This document shows, one piece after another, positions 32,598-43,354 of a DNA stretch of 56,833 nt. Source of the DNA: an uncultured virus (IMG/VR IMGVR_UViG_3300045125_000114). Its lineage: Duplodnaviria > Heunggongvirae > Uroviricota > Caudoviricetes. The DNA lies in IMG/VR virus record IMGVR_UViG_3300045125_000114; one strand, given 5' to 3'. Numbering within the stretch: the first letter of the stretch is position 1; every line of letters begins with the position of its first letter. The notes under the pieces are model-generated. The model was not told where the DNA came from. It ran no database searches and worked only from the letters and a program-made list of their open reading frames with translations. The position numbers were made by a program, and so were the translations under genes.

Positions 32598-32813
32598 TAA
32601 ACTGTCCTCCCATTCTTCCCTACGCTCTCTACGCTTCACTGCCGGACGGCTAGGGTGCTGTACCTTCCAATTGCCGCCGCAGATCAATTTCCCACCTTTC
32701 CAAGTGCCACGGCTCCCCCTTTGTTCCAGATACTTTAGCGTCTGGACACGCATCGAAACCCGTGGCTATTTATGCTTGTCAAATGGAGAAAATATCTACT
32801 GCCTTCATTATAG

Positions 32814-33290
32814 CTATTCGGCTTTCAATCTCTTGGCCCAAATTTTCACCCTTTCGGCCAAATCCTTCAAGGAGTAGGAAATCTCAGGATTCCAAGGACG
32901 ACCCAAGCCCAACTGAACCTCCAAATCAATTTTTCGCTTGTAATCCGGGTGACACCCAACGAACAAAGGATCGGCCCGCTCGCAAAACTTCCCCAACTCG
33001 AACAAGGTAATGGGGCAGAGAGTTTCGTGAGGGAACCAAAACAACCGTGCCGCCGAGAGTCGGAGATACTTATATTCCCACTTGATTTGTTGTTCGGTCA
33101 TAGTGGGGTCAGTGATGTCGAAATTATCCCGGCGAGGGTTGATTAAAACTAAATCAGTGTCCTTGAGCAGTTCTACCATCTCAGGCTGCCATTGAGGACA
33201 GCTAGAAATGCCGCCGCCCAAGAACAGCATGTCATCTCGGATGTTGCCGTTCTTGAAGTCGTATTCGTCGGGACAGCGAATCTCTTTCAT
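32814..33290 (-). CDS. Nucleoside 2-deoxyribosyltransferase-like protein
   Basis: LFLGGGISSCPQWQ...INPRR.....QQIKWE..L.....FWFP.ETLCPITLFELG. Confidence 0.8.
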   Translation of the reverse strand: MKEIRCPDEYDFKNGNIRDDMLFLGGGISSCPQWQPEMVELLKDTDLVLINPRRDNFDITDPTMTEQQIKWEYKYLRLSAARLFWFPHETLCPITLFELGKFCERADPLFVGCHPDYKRKIDLEVQLGLGRPWNPEISYSLKDLAERVKIWAKRLKAE

Positions 33291-34607
33291 ACCTGCTCCA
33301 GTCGGAACATGCCAAGCGTCCACATGCAGCGTTGCAAGATGGTGTTGGCGTGATTGATGGCGTATTGGAACCCGTAACGACCGTCGTTGATCTTTTCTTT
33401 ATGATAAGCTTTGCCCAAACGACGGGCAAGGTCGTGGGCGAAGTTAGCCATTTGAGTGGAGTCCATAGTTTCGACACAACGTTTGTGGTAAAACGTAAAG
33501 TAATTGGCGAAACCAATCAGGTCTGCATCGTCTTGGGTCAGATCGTAGTAAGGGTCCGGGTGTTTCTTGCTTTCCCACGGAGACGTTTCCTCGTCTCCGA
33601 AACCCAACTTCATCGCCTTCATCGTGTGAGGCGGGAAGTGATACCAGCTTTTCCCCGCGCCGCCTTTTTGACACGGGCGAAAGTGTAGGTGATGTAAAGC
33701 CCCGGAGCGTCGGCCTTTGTCCAGTCGGCCGGATTGTACTTTACATTTTGTGTACGAGCGACGGTCAAGAAGTTCCACGCCAGTACGTTCCACGCCAACT
33801 TTCGCTTGTCGGGGCACGAATCTTCCAGATTCTCCATCACTTCTTCCATGATGGCTTCTGCTTTCGGCGAATCAGCGGGCACACCTTCTTTGCTGGCACG
33901 GGACTTCAACTTTTTACCATCAGAACCCAACACCAACCCCATTGGCAGGTGCTTGTCGCCCAGACCCAAAGAGGCAAAGTGTTCTTTCTGTTCCGCTCCG
34001 GTAATGTAATGTGTAGGTCCGACAAGCTTTGCGAAGGCCAAATCGTGGAAAGCGTACAACGGCGATCCGTCGTATCGCTTGACTTTTTACCGGGCCGTTC
34101 GGACCTTCCCAAACCCACGGCAGTTCGTGTTCTTCTAACAGCAACGTGTTGGTGTCGTCTTTGTAACCTTGGCGACGGCACTCCACCAAGTCACGAGGCA
34201 TCAACACGTCGTAATACAGTTCCGGCTTGAAGTCGAGAAACTCGAACCACTTTTCTAGGGCGTCTGGTTGAAGTCTTGTAGACGCCCTGACTGGCTCCGA
34301 GCAACGAAACGAAACTGATCTTTTCGCCGCTGTCCCCGCCGTATTTCAACAGGCACTTCAACGAATTTGCTACTGCCAGTTGGGCGCAAGTGCCCGGCAT
34401 GAAGCTCTTTGTTGAGGTTGGGAGAAAACCCGTCAATGACGTAATTGTTTTCTACTTGAAACCATTCGGGCCAGTCTTGACACTCTGGCGTGACGTAGTA
34501 ATTCCAAATGCGACCAACGTTCACCTCACGGTAACGTTTGGCGTAGTCGGGCAACTGCTCGTTGGAGAAAATCCAACGCCGTGTGGACCGGTGATGGGAC
34601 GGATCAT
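33287..34607 (-). CDS. argS: Arginyl-tRNA synthetase-like protein, shortened (frameshifted)
   Basis: IDGFSPNLNKELHAGHLR (HIGH), KRYDGSPLYAFHDLA, YITGAEQKEHF, GLVLGSDGKKLKSR (KMSKS-like), APGLYITYTFARV, DALR-like C-terminus ANFAHDLARRLGKAY...LGMFRLEQV. Confidence 0.82.
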
Positions 34608-35110
34608 GGGAGTCTCAGAGATAACGCCATTTCTGGAAGAATAACATTTCTACATTCGATGCGGTATCGGGGCCAGTTGTCCCAACACCATTTTTCGGCA
34701 TTGTCAGGGTCGTCAACGAACTTCTGACGGGCTTCTTGTTTGAACACGTCGAAATCGGCCAATCTCTGGTGTCTTCTTGGGTCAAACGGTGTGTACCAAC
34801 CGTTCCCGTGGTTGACTTCCCAATAGTAATCGTAGGTGCAAGCGGTAAGGACATATTCTTCGGGAAAAAGCGTTCTCCTGCCGCCTAGCCAAGTAGCAAC
34901 ACATCGGTGGTGGCCGTCGTGAATGTACCTGCGGCCGTCCTCGAACTCACGGATTTGAATGAGTGGCGATGGTTTCTTTAGTTTTTCTTTCTTGCAGTAA
35001 ACCTGTAGAGTACTCGATTGTCCACCGACCGCCACTATGAACGTGTTCGATCATTTCGGGCAGCGTGTCCCAATGACGCAGGGTACATTGGGTTACGAAA
35101 CCGTTTTCAA
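34604..35110 (-). CDS. ParB/sulfiredoxin N-terminal-like protein
   Basis: PLIQI..FEDGRRYIHDGHHRCVA; start uncertain. Confidence 0.5.
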
Positions 35111-35369
35111 CTCAAGCACGGAGCTACCCATCTTTCTGTCGCAACAAAGATTGTGGTATGCTCACTCACTTCCGTGTCAGACAACTTACAGACCACTTTG
35201 TTTTTGAAAGACAACAGCGGCTCCAAATGTACGCCCTTGCGAATACAGGCAACGTATTTTGGGCCGGATCGACCGAATCGTATATCGACTTACCGATAAG
35301 CTCGGAACCCGCCCGCCAAATGCCGATGTCGTATACCGTTTGAACCGAATCTGCGGGCAGCTTCTTTTC

Positions 35370-36035
35370 CTCTTCGCAGGTTCGGCCCAAGGTCGGGCGA
35401 GTTTCAGCTTCAATTCCTCGATCAGAATGTGCAACTTTTTCTTGGTCAAAAGGTCTTTGTTTTCCTTGTAAGTCTTCCGCAGTTCTCGAATTCCCTCAAT
35501 CGTCAAATTGGCGTGACCCTTCAAGTTGTTGCATATCAGGCACATCGTCTGATAGTTCGAGTGACGGTCTTCCCCGCCACAGGACTTAGGTGTATGTGAT
35601 CTTTCGTCATCAACACCAACTTGCCGTCTTCTTCGCCGTACAAGTTGAAGTGAGGCGACTTGTCGGCCGGATGGTGTTCCAACAACATCCTAGTTCCGGG
35701 CAAGTCGCAAGATACACAGTGCATTACACTCACGAAAGAGGAAATACCTTTGGGAGTTCATTTTGACGGCATGAGTTTGACCGTCATAAGTGTAGTCCTC
35801 TTGACATCCTCTTTCGTGATAAGAGTGTACTACCTCGTCGGGCCTGAATTCTCCTAGTCTTACTTTTTGGACTTTCTCCTTCAAACGGTCGATGCGGACG
35901 CCTGTGCGGAGCCGCCTGTAATTCCCTGTGAAACAGCCTCGATCTGTCTCCTGAAGCGACTTCTAATGCCTCATCCGGGGGCAGGTCCGAGTCGAAGTCC
36001 CAAGTTACTGTACTGGTGGCTCTGAACTTAGCCAT
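35370..36035 (-). CDS. HNH endonuclease (frameshifted)
   Basis: CVSC...HFNLYG.....LMTKDHIHPKSCGGED..SNYQTMCLICNNLKG. Confidence 0.75.
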
Positions 36036-36066
36036 ATGGTACTTCGCAAGATTCGGGTTGTAAAGT

Positions 36067-36517
36067 TCATTTGTCTTTGTCCCGGTCTTGCAACTCCTTT
36101 ACAATTTTTTTGAGTTCGGCCACTTCTTCGGCCGGCATTTTATTCTGCTCGACGATCTCATGCTCCCACGCTGAGGTCGGTTTCCACCAACTCCTTAATC
36201 TCTCGAAAAAAGGCTACGATAAATCAAATCCTGCTTAATTTCGCACCGGCGTTTGCGACATCATAATGAACGGTGCCTGAAACGCCGCCTGCAAGGGAAA
36301 GGAACAAATTGAGCAGAGACATAAGGATAAGAATCCCATCGTATTGGGTGTGGATTAAATTGAGCGACATCCAAGCCTCGACGAACCACGAGGCCCGATA
36401 TGATAAACTTCCATGAACTGCCGAATTTTGCTACGGCATCACTGACTTGCTCCACATGAACGTGCGTCCCGTCGTTTTCCATCGGGCCTCCGTGTTTTTG
36501 GTGTGGGTTGCTACCAT
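36067..36517 (-). CDS. DUF1003 membrane protein (frameshifted)
   Basis: SDAVAKFGSSWKFII...WDSYPY.LLNL.LSLQAAFQAPFIMMSQ. Confidence 0.75.
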
Positions 36518-36556
36518 GCCACTATCTAGCAACCGCACACCCACGAAAGACTTTAA

Positions 36557-36826
36557 TCAAGCCGAATTTCTTCCATCATCCTGTTGACCTCGGCCTGAGC
36601 TCTCCAGAAGCCGGTACACCATCATATTGGCGCTCCACATAGACCCCAACTCGTCGTCGGTGCGTTTGGCGAAGTGCTTGATCCAAGTTGATATAGTTGG
36701 ATTTTCGTTTTCGAGACAGGCCAAATGTTCGTCCAGATATTGCTCGTCGTCGCACTTATCGACTTCTTGTGCGAGCGAATATCCCACATCAGGGTGTACC
36801 AGCGGCAAATATGTTGCGTTTCCCAT
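36557..36826 (-). CDS. Hypothetical protein
   Basis: MGNATYLPLVHPDV...MVYRLLES; GAGGAG SD. Confidence 0.55.
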   Translation of the reverse strand: MGNATYLPLVHPDVGYSLAQEVDKCDDEQYLDEHLACLENENPTISTWIKHFAKRTDDELGSMWSANMMVYRLLESSGRGQQDDGRNSA

Positions 36827-38826
36827 TTGGAAGCTCCTCGGATATATCGGATCGTAATATATCCGAAATCGTCGCCACAATATCAAAAGTCCAGAATCAA
36901 AAAGAAACCTTGACACCGGAAGCACGGCTTTTACAATCGTGTGGACACCCCGGAGAGAAAAATGGAAGAAATGAAAATTGGAAAAAACGGCAGATCAAAA
37001 ACTGGCCGAGCGGATCGTACAGGGCGGCATTCCAGAAGCCCTGAAGGTCGTTTCCGGAACTACAATCGGCCATTGGCGATCAACAAAAAATTGCAGAAAC
37101 CGGCTACGCACAGGCGTACCAAGTCATTGCCGAACTGAGACAACGTTTGGAAAATCAAAAAGCCGAATATGAAAAGCAATTGGAATCAGGCTGCGAAGAA
37201 GCCTACCAAATGCTGCTGAACGAGAAGGAAGAAGAATGAGAAACTGGAAGCCACCCTCTACGAAGAGTATGAAATCAAGCTGCGGGAGATGAAGAATCAC
37301 ATTGTCGATAAAGTCGATCAGTTCCTCAATTTGCAGGGCCAAAAATTTGCACAACACCCGCAGGGCGAGGAAGCAGGATATAAAGAATTTCGTTCGACTC
37401 ATACGGCAGAACGGGTCGTTGTCGATGCTTTGAACGAGCGATTCTCGCACCTGCCTCGGACGACGAAATGCCGCCCGTGCGTGAAAAAGAACTGATTCGT
37501 ATTCTTGAAGCCAAACTCATGCGGCTACAAGTTGAGAACCGCAAACTTAATGAGCGGGTAGCAAAACTAGAAGCAGCCGCCCCGAAACCCATCATGGACG
37601 ATGTGTTCAAGGGCGGCTTGCTCGGCGGCATCGGTCACTACACCAAAGAACAACTTGAAGAAGGTGCCAAATATTACGGCACCATTCGTCTAGGGGGCGA
37701 AAATGACACCCCCGACGAACGTGACACCACTCACGACCTGTAATCAGGACAGCAAATCCAATAGGTTGTCGATTTCTTCAAGGCTCGAGTGCCAACGGTT
37801 GCACTTCCTCGGCCGTTGGCACCGGAGTACGAGCCTGCTTCGCCGCCACACGAATCGCCCGTCCGAGCGATTCGTTGACCAAGACGTAAGTGTACTCGAT
37901 CCCGTCCTTGTAATATCCCTTGGTCGGGTGCCAATTCACCGTCTTCGTCACCTTGTTCGAGAACACGGTGCAGATCGACGGTTCGTTCCACGGCAACGGT
38001 TCCCCGTAGCCGATCACCTGACCCTCGGCGTTTCGGATGCGAGGCTTTTTTGCACACGGTTGTGGGGAGCCTTGCGATCCCACCGCTCCCACGACTTGGC
38101 ACGCCGAGCTGCCTTGTCGTAAGCGGCGTTGAGTTTGCGAAGCTTGCGGCTCGTCTCAAGAGAGACGGGGTGAAAGCCCCACTTGCTCTGGAAAGTTTCA
38201 ATAGTCGTAGCCATTTTAGTTGCCCTCTTCGTCTTTGAAATTATCGCCATCTCTGAAGGACGGAACAGCGGCGATAAACCGTTCACGGTCCTGTTCGGAT
38301 TGAAAGAAATACTCGATGTAGAAGCAGTCAGTAACCACTCTTGGTCAGACACATCCCGGCCCAATTGCCTTCGTGGGAGTGTTCCCCCGGATCGTTGGTA
38401 CTCCGGGGCTTTGCCTTTTACCACCCGGCCGTCCTTGGTCGTGTACTGGTAATCCCTTAACGTCTTCGTCGCCAGCACCACCGGACAAGCCGGATATTCG
38501 CTGTAATAGTCGTGACACTTGCCGTCACACGGACTCACGTTTGCCCACAACCAGCGTGAAGCAAAATCGTCGATACGGTTCGTACCCTCCAACACCGCCG
38601 AATATGGAAATCTTTCCATCAAACTCCGTCTTGTCGATTCTTTCTTTTCAACAACCGACAACATCAGCGCTATTGACTCAGGGTTCCGCTTCTCTACAGA
38701 TTCCCGGTGTTCACGTTCGTGTTCGATCCATTCCTCGTAAGATGCGAGACGGATCGTATCTTCATTTGTCATGACGTAGCTTCCCCTATGGCACAAGTGC
38801 CCACAGTTACAGGTTGATTGTTGGAA

Positions 38827-39169
38827 TTAGGCAACCGGAGACAGTTGAAGCGACGGAACAGGTGCCGACGGTCCCCGAAAATCGGTTCCGTGGCAAAAGC
38901 CCGTTAGTTGGTTGTCTCGGTCGGGTTCGATGAAAGGAACACACTCCACGCCCAAACCCCGGATTTTCTCCAGAGTACGGTGAAGTTTTTGTTCGTGGTC
39001 GATACCGACGACCACAAGATGAGGGTGATCGAGGTGTTGTGGAATTAGACCCTTACGGGCCAGTTCGATGCCAGCGTGTGCGGTTTGAACGACGATCTGT
39101 TCGACGGGCAAATCTTTTGCGAACAAAGATGTAAACGTGGTTGACAGTGTCAGAAATCTAGTGAGTCAT
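38827..39169 (-). CDS. Peptidyl-tRNA hydrolase II-like protein with an in-frame amber (TAG) at codon 4
   Basis: ATG ACT CAC TAG ATT TCT GAC ACT GTC AAC CAC GTT TAC ATC TTT GTT CGC AAA = MTH*ISDTVNHVYIFVRK; after a 1-nt A-run slip it continues DLPVEQIVVQTAHA...HLVVV...FIEPDRDNQLT, a Pth2-like pattern. Confidence 0.75.
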
Positions 39170-39888
39170 GTTAGTCTCAGTTAGAGCTAGGGTTGAGGTT
39201 GAATCCGCCCGTATGTTTAGTCTGGCCGTCCGGTGCGTTGTCCGGCCACACTTCGCCCTTGTATTGTAGTAGCAGGCAGACCACTTCGTCAACGGCACGA
39301 GGCGATTTTAGTCGCAAAACCAGATCGCCAAGCCCCTTGACTTGCAAACTGGGGGCCACCGCTGTGGGCTTCCCGGTTCCGTCCGTTGAAGGGCACCACG
39401 CTCCGACCGTGTAGCCTTCGAGTTGCGGACCCATTAGAGGACTTCCCATCGCATTCCCTCTTTCGTTACCGCCTACTCTACTACGGTTTTCCGCCGGTTG
39501 TCTATCAGATTTTTCTGAAGCGTGCACGGAGCCAGTTCCTGGGGTCGATTTTCTTCCGCAAAGCTGCCGACGGCCACGGACTTTGTCCTTTTCCTTCATG
39601 AAGAAGTCCGATTGCTCACACTCAAATATCTTGTACTCGAAAAACGGACAGGTTTCGTAGACATAGGTGAATTTGCCGGTTTTGGCAATATTCAGTTTGC
39701 GGCCGGTCTGTGTATAACTCAGCATTTCCAAATAGCCCTCGGCGTCTTCGAGGGTCGGATAGACAACAGAATCCGAAACCACGGTCGTTTACCAGTTCCC
39801 ACGGCGGGTCCATTTCGGCATCCATCCAGCCGGGGCGAGGGCGATAGGCAACGACATAAAACTTGAAGTTTTTCATATGGTTCCCTCG

Positions 39889-39920
39889 AAAAAAAGAACC
39901 GGGGCAATTGCCCCGGTTCT
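39889..39920 (-). terminator. Intrinsic terminator
   Basis: AGAACCGGGGCAATTGCCCCGGTTCT followed by a T run on the minus strand. Confidence 0.8.
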
Positions 39921-40175
39921 GGAAGCTAGGTTTCACATTGCCAGTGCCCTCCGGGGTTAGAGCCATCGACTTTCAACATACATATGGTGGGTTACGCCCG
40001 GCAGCGGTCAGACTACCGATGAGCCACATCGGGCTGCAATACAGGGCTTGGCCCTCTTAAAAAATATGGTTGAAATTTTTCAGGTTGTCGGCGGTCCACG
40101 AGGCATGACGATATCCTTTCTGCCGTGGGTTAGATTTTGCCGCTCCGGTTTATTCAAGCCGGTTCGTCGGCAGCT

Positions 40176-40493
40176 TCAGTCCCACTGCTTTTGGGTTTCG
40201 ACAGCAGCTCCCACCAGCCGATCTTTCGGTTGGCTTCCGACCATCGTTTCAGTTGCAACCCCGCCGTTGAACACGATTAACGTGGGCAGGGCGCTGATAT
40301 TGTAATCCGTGCAAAGATCACGGTTTTCTGTAGCGTCTACCTTCACCACTTTGAAGCCCTCGGCAGCGAGTTCCTTCAAAGTTGGGACCATGCCCCTACA
40401 TGGGCCGCACCAGTCGGCGTAGAAGTCCACCAGCACGGGCACCGTAGATTCCAGCACTTCGCTCTTGAAAGAGTCTTTATTCACGTTGGTCAT
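40176..40493 (-). CDS. trxA: Thioredoxin
   Basis: PVLVDFYADWCGPC...ISALPTLIVF. Confidence 0.92.
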   Translation of the reverse strand: MTNVNKDSFKSEVLESTVPVLVDFYADWCGPCRGMVPTLKELAAEGFKVVKVDATENRDLCTDYNISALPTLIVFNGGVATETMVGSQPKDRLVGAAVETQKQWD

Positions 40494-41014
40494 TTTTTCT
40501 CCGTATTTGTGAGCCACTTTCCCCATTCCTGCTTGTCAGCCTCTTCTGCCACATCGGACAGAAGATCGGGTCGGTCGAGCATGTTGTCAACAGGCTCGCC
40601 CCAGCCCTTGCCCTTTTGGGCGTCCCAAATCTCGTGCAAGCCCTTCTCGTTCGGGAAGCCCCAAGGGAATACACTTGCCAAATGGCTGGTATTTACCAAC
40701 TTTTGGTCGGTTTATTACATCCGGGCCAAAGTAAAGGCGTACATCACGATGTTGCCCGGCGAACCGTTCGACAGAACGCAAGCAAGAATCGCCGTCCCGA
40801 CACTGACCTTGCCGCCGTAAAGCTGGAGCCGCTGATAGAGAATCCGACCCACCAGCCCACATTCGGCAGCGTGGGTTTCGTTAAACTCTTCCGGCTCTTT
40901 GGCCTGCTCCAGCATGGCCGCTTGCAAGAAAGATCTCAGACGTTTTTAAGCTCATCGGCTCTCGATGGCTGGTGTCCATCAGAGACGGTATGTAGTGCAA
41001 CTTGTTCATGGCAG

Positions 41015-41043
41015 ATGTTACCACTTTTCGCTTGAATTGTAAA
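41015..41043 (-). promoter_or_regulatory. Sigma70-like promoter, probably leaderless
   Basis: TTTACA-N17-TAACAT, then 5 nt and ATG at 41009. Confidence 0.55.
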
Positions 41044-41655
41044 CTACTTTTTGCCGCACAAGAGCGAAATCATCTCGTACCACGGTTTTGGGGTAAAGAC
41101 CAGTTTTTTCGGCGTCTTTCAAAGCTGCTCGAACAACTCGTTGATTGTTTCGGGCGTAACCACAGCTTGCTCGTCTTTGCGTTCTTTCTCAACGCACTGT
41201 AAATCACACGCTTCGGTTCCGTCCGACATTTGACGCTGCCCGGAAGGACTGATCCAAATATCGGACTGGCACTTGTGGCATTTGAAAACGGCACTGCCTT
41301 CGACGCCGCCGTTTTCAATGTTGGCGGCGTCTTCGACCCTGATGCAAATCAATACGTTTACGTCGTCCACGGGAGCCTCTTATTGGGGGCCAGTTGAATG
41401 CCTTTTTCTTTCATTTCTTCTTGGGCCATCCGTGTGATTTCTGGATTATCGCAATTAACTGCGAAAGCCCCTTGTGTTTTCCGCCGACGTAGCCCATGTA
41501 GCCGACGTATTCGAGGCTGAAACCTTCACTGGCCTGAACGAGCCAGCACTTGCCCCTTCAGTCGAAGGACGTATTGGAATGCGTGAGGGATCGGAACCGA
41601 ACGCTGGTGAATGCTCCAGTATCCGGCCTCGCCGCCGATAACGAGTCGCCGTGCC

Positions 41656-42375
41656 TCACGTTCGCTGACTTCTTTCATTTTTCATCTCGAAAGCGTGTTC
41701 GACGTTGTCGGGCAGACCCGGCAGTTTGCAGGCGAAGCCCTTGTCGTAGTTGTAGGAACACAGATAATACGACCGCTTGGACTTCAGCACCACCGCCTCC
41801 GGGATCGTGTAGGCGCCGGATCGGATTCGATTCACCTTGTCCCGCTTGTAGTGTTGCGTGAACCCGCCAGTTGTGTTCTTGGGCGGCGTCCACTGCTTGT
41901 CTACCAGCTTCTCTTCCAGACCGCCGGTGAACCACGGGTTGGATGCGTCCACCTTCTGGTCGGCCCACCCGTCGGTGCGGCGGCAGTGGGCTTCCTCGTA
42001 AAACAGTCCGGTCTTCGTGTCGAGGTACACGAACTCGGAAAACCGTGGCTGAAAGTGAATCACGTCTTCAAGTTTGATTTTGGCGAATTCGATCTTGTTC
42101 TTTTCCAAATGGCAAGTAGACAGTGACGGTCCCTTGCAATATTCGCTCGTTATGCTCTGGTGGTGTGAGGTGCTGACGCTGTACTTGTCGGCGTTTCTGA
42201 TGAAGAACGGTTGCCCGTCACGTTCGCCGAGATAAATGGCGAGCGGAAAGTGCGAGCCGTAGCTGAACAGGACGTTGTCCCGACAGTAAACGTTGTGTCC
42301 CGTCCACTCCACGTTACCGGTGCGGGCGTTCTTTTGTCGTAATGCGAAACGTCTGACGACTTCTTTGTGGTTCAT
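41656..42375 (-). CDS. Hypothetical phage protein
   Basis: Intact 239-aa ORF with LFSYGSHFPLA...YSVSTSHHQ. Confidence 0.7.
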   Translation of the reverse strand: MNHKEVVRRFALRQKNARTGNVEWTGHNVYCRDNVLFSYGSHFPLAIYLGERDGQPFFIRNADKYSVSTSHHQSITSEYCKGPSLSTCHLEKNKIEFAKIKLEDVIHFQPRFSEFVYLDTKTGLFYEEAHCRRTDGWADQKVDASNPWFTGGLEEKLVDKQWTPPKNTTGGFTQHYKRDKVNRIRSGAYTIPEAVVLKSKRSYYLCSYNYDKGFACKLPGLPDNVEHAFEMKNERSQRT

Positions 42376-42559
42376 TGGAAGTTAATTTCTTGGGCACCGA
42401 AATCCTTGATTGCTTCGTCCAGTCCGGGGGTGCCTGTAGCCCGGACCACAAGTAGAACTGTCGAATCCTTTCGCACAACGTCGAGGCCGTCGATCAGTCC
42501 CTTGACGAGACAGTATTCACAGAACGACGACCACGAATCGTTGCTGAATTTCAACACCT

Positions 42560-43349
42560 TCACTTCGGTTCTTCCTCAGTTAGAGATTGAATCGGAATGT
42601 GAACTTCGACTTCCCTGATGAAACTACCCTTGCTCCCGTGCCAGCCGAGAGCCATTGATCGCCACTCAGTCACCCAAGAACCGGGGAACCGTTGCTCCAA
42701 CTGTTGGCTGAGGTATTCTCGACTCCGTGGGGTGTCCAACACCTTGGGATCGCCGCTGCCACTATCGACAATATCGACGTGTGTTCCGAGTTCCTCGATG
42801 GTTTGCATTTTACGAGCGGTGGCCGACACCGGAGTGTCCTCTTCGCTCGTCCATGCGTGACGGTCCAACATGCCGCTGAGGGTTGCGTGGAAGGTCGGTT
42901 GCGAGTACCGGGCCAAGAACTTGCCGTCAACCAGACTGAAACCGAGCGATTTCCACCACCGTTCCACCAACTTGTTCATTACCGATAGCTTGTTGGTAAC
43001 GGCTTCCGGGGTTACTCCCTTAGCCATTTCCTCACGGAGCCGCTGGTTTTCCCGTTGGGCAAGGTGAAGGTTCTCACGCATCAGGTCTTCGGCGTCCTTG
43101 TTCCTTTCCTCCCCCAGAAGCGTAAAAATACGCTTCAGTTCCGATTGGGCGATGTAGAGACAGTTGTATCGGTTCTGAACTTGAAGTTCGTTTTTGCCCG
43201 CCAATTCACAAACGAACTGGAGAGCGCGCCGATTACTTCGCCGATGGCTTTTGCGGAAGCCGCCTGTTGGTCTGCATTCAGAACAACAGGCGACTCGTCA
43301 AAACTTTTCGGGTCACGACTCAGAATCGGCTGAATGGGCAGGCTCATCA
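42560..43349 (-). CDS. Hypothetical protein (frameshifted)
   Basis: MMSLPIQPILSRD... joined to a 214-aa frame; GAGGA SD. Confidence 0.55.
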
Positions 43350-43354
43350 TTTCC

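Noticed and set aside
36036..36064. TTTACA-N17-TACCAT promoter
   Set aside because: The -10 directly abuts the ATG at 36035, leaving no room for a start site for that gene; left uncalled.
39172..39192. CTCTAAC just upstream of the Pth2 start as an anticodon mimic
   Set aside because: No flanking stem, and it lies within the upstream ORF's last codons; a 7-mer match is expected by chance.
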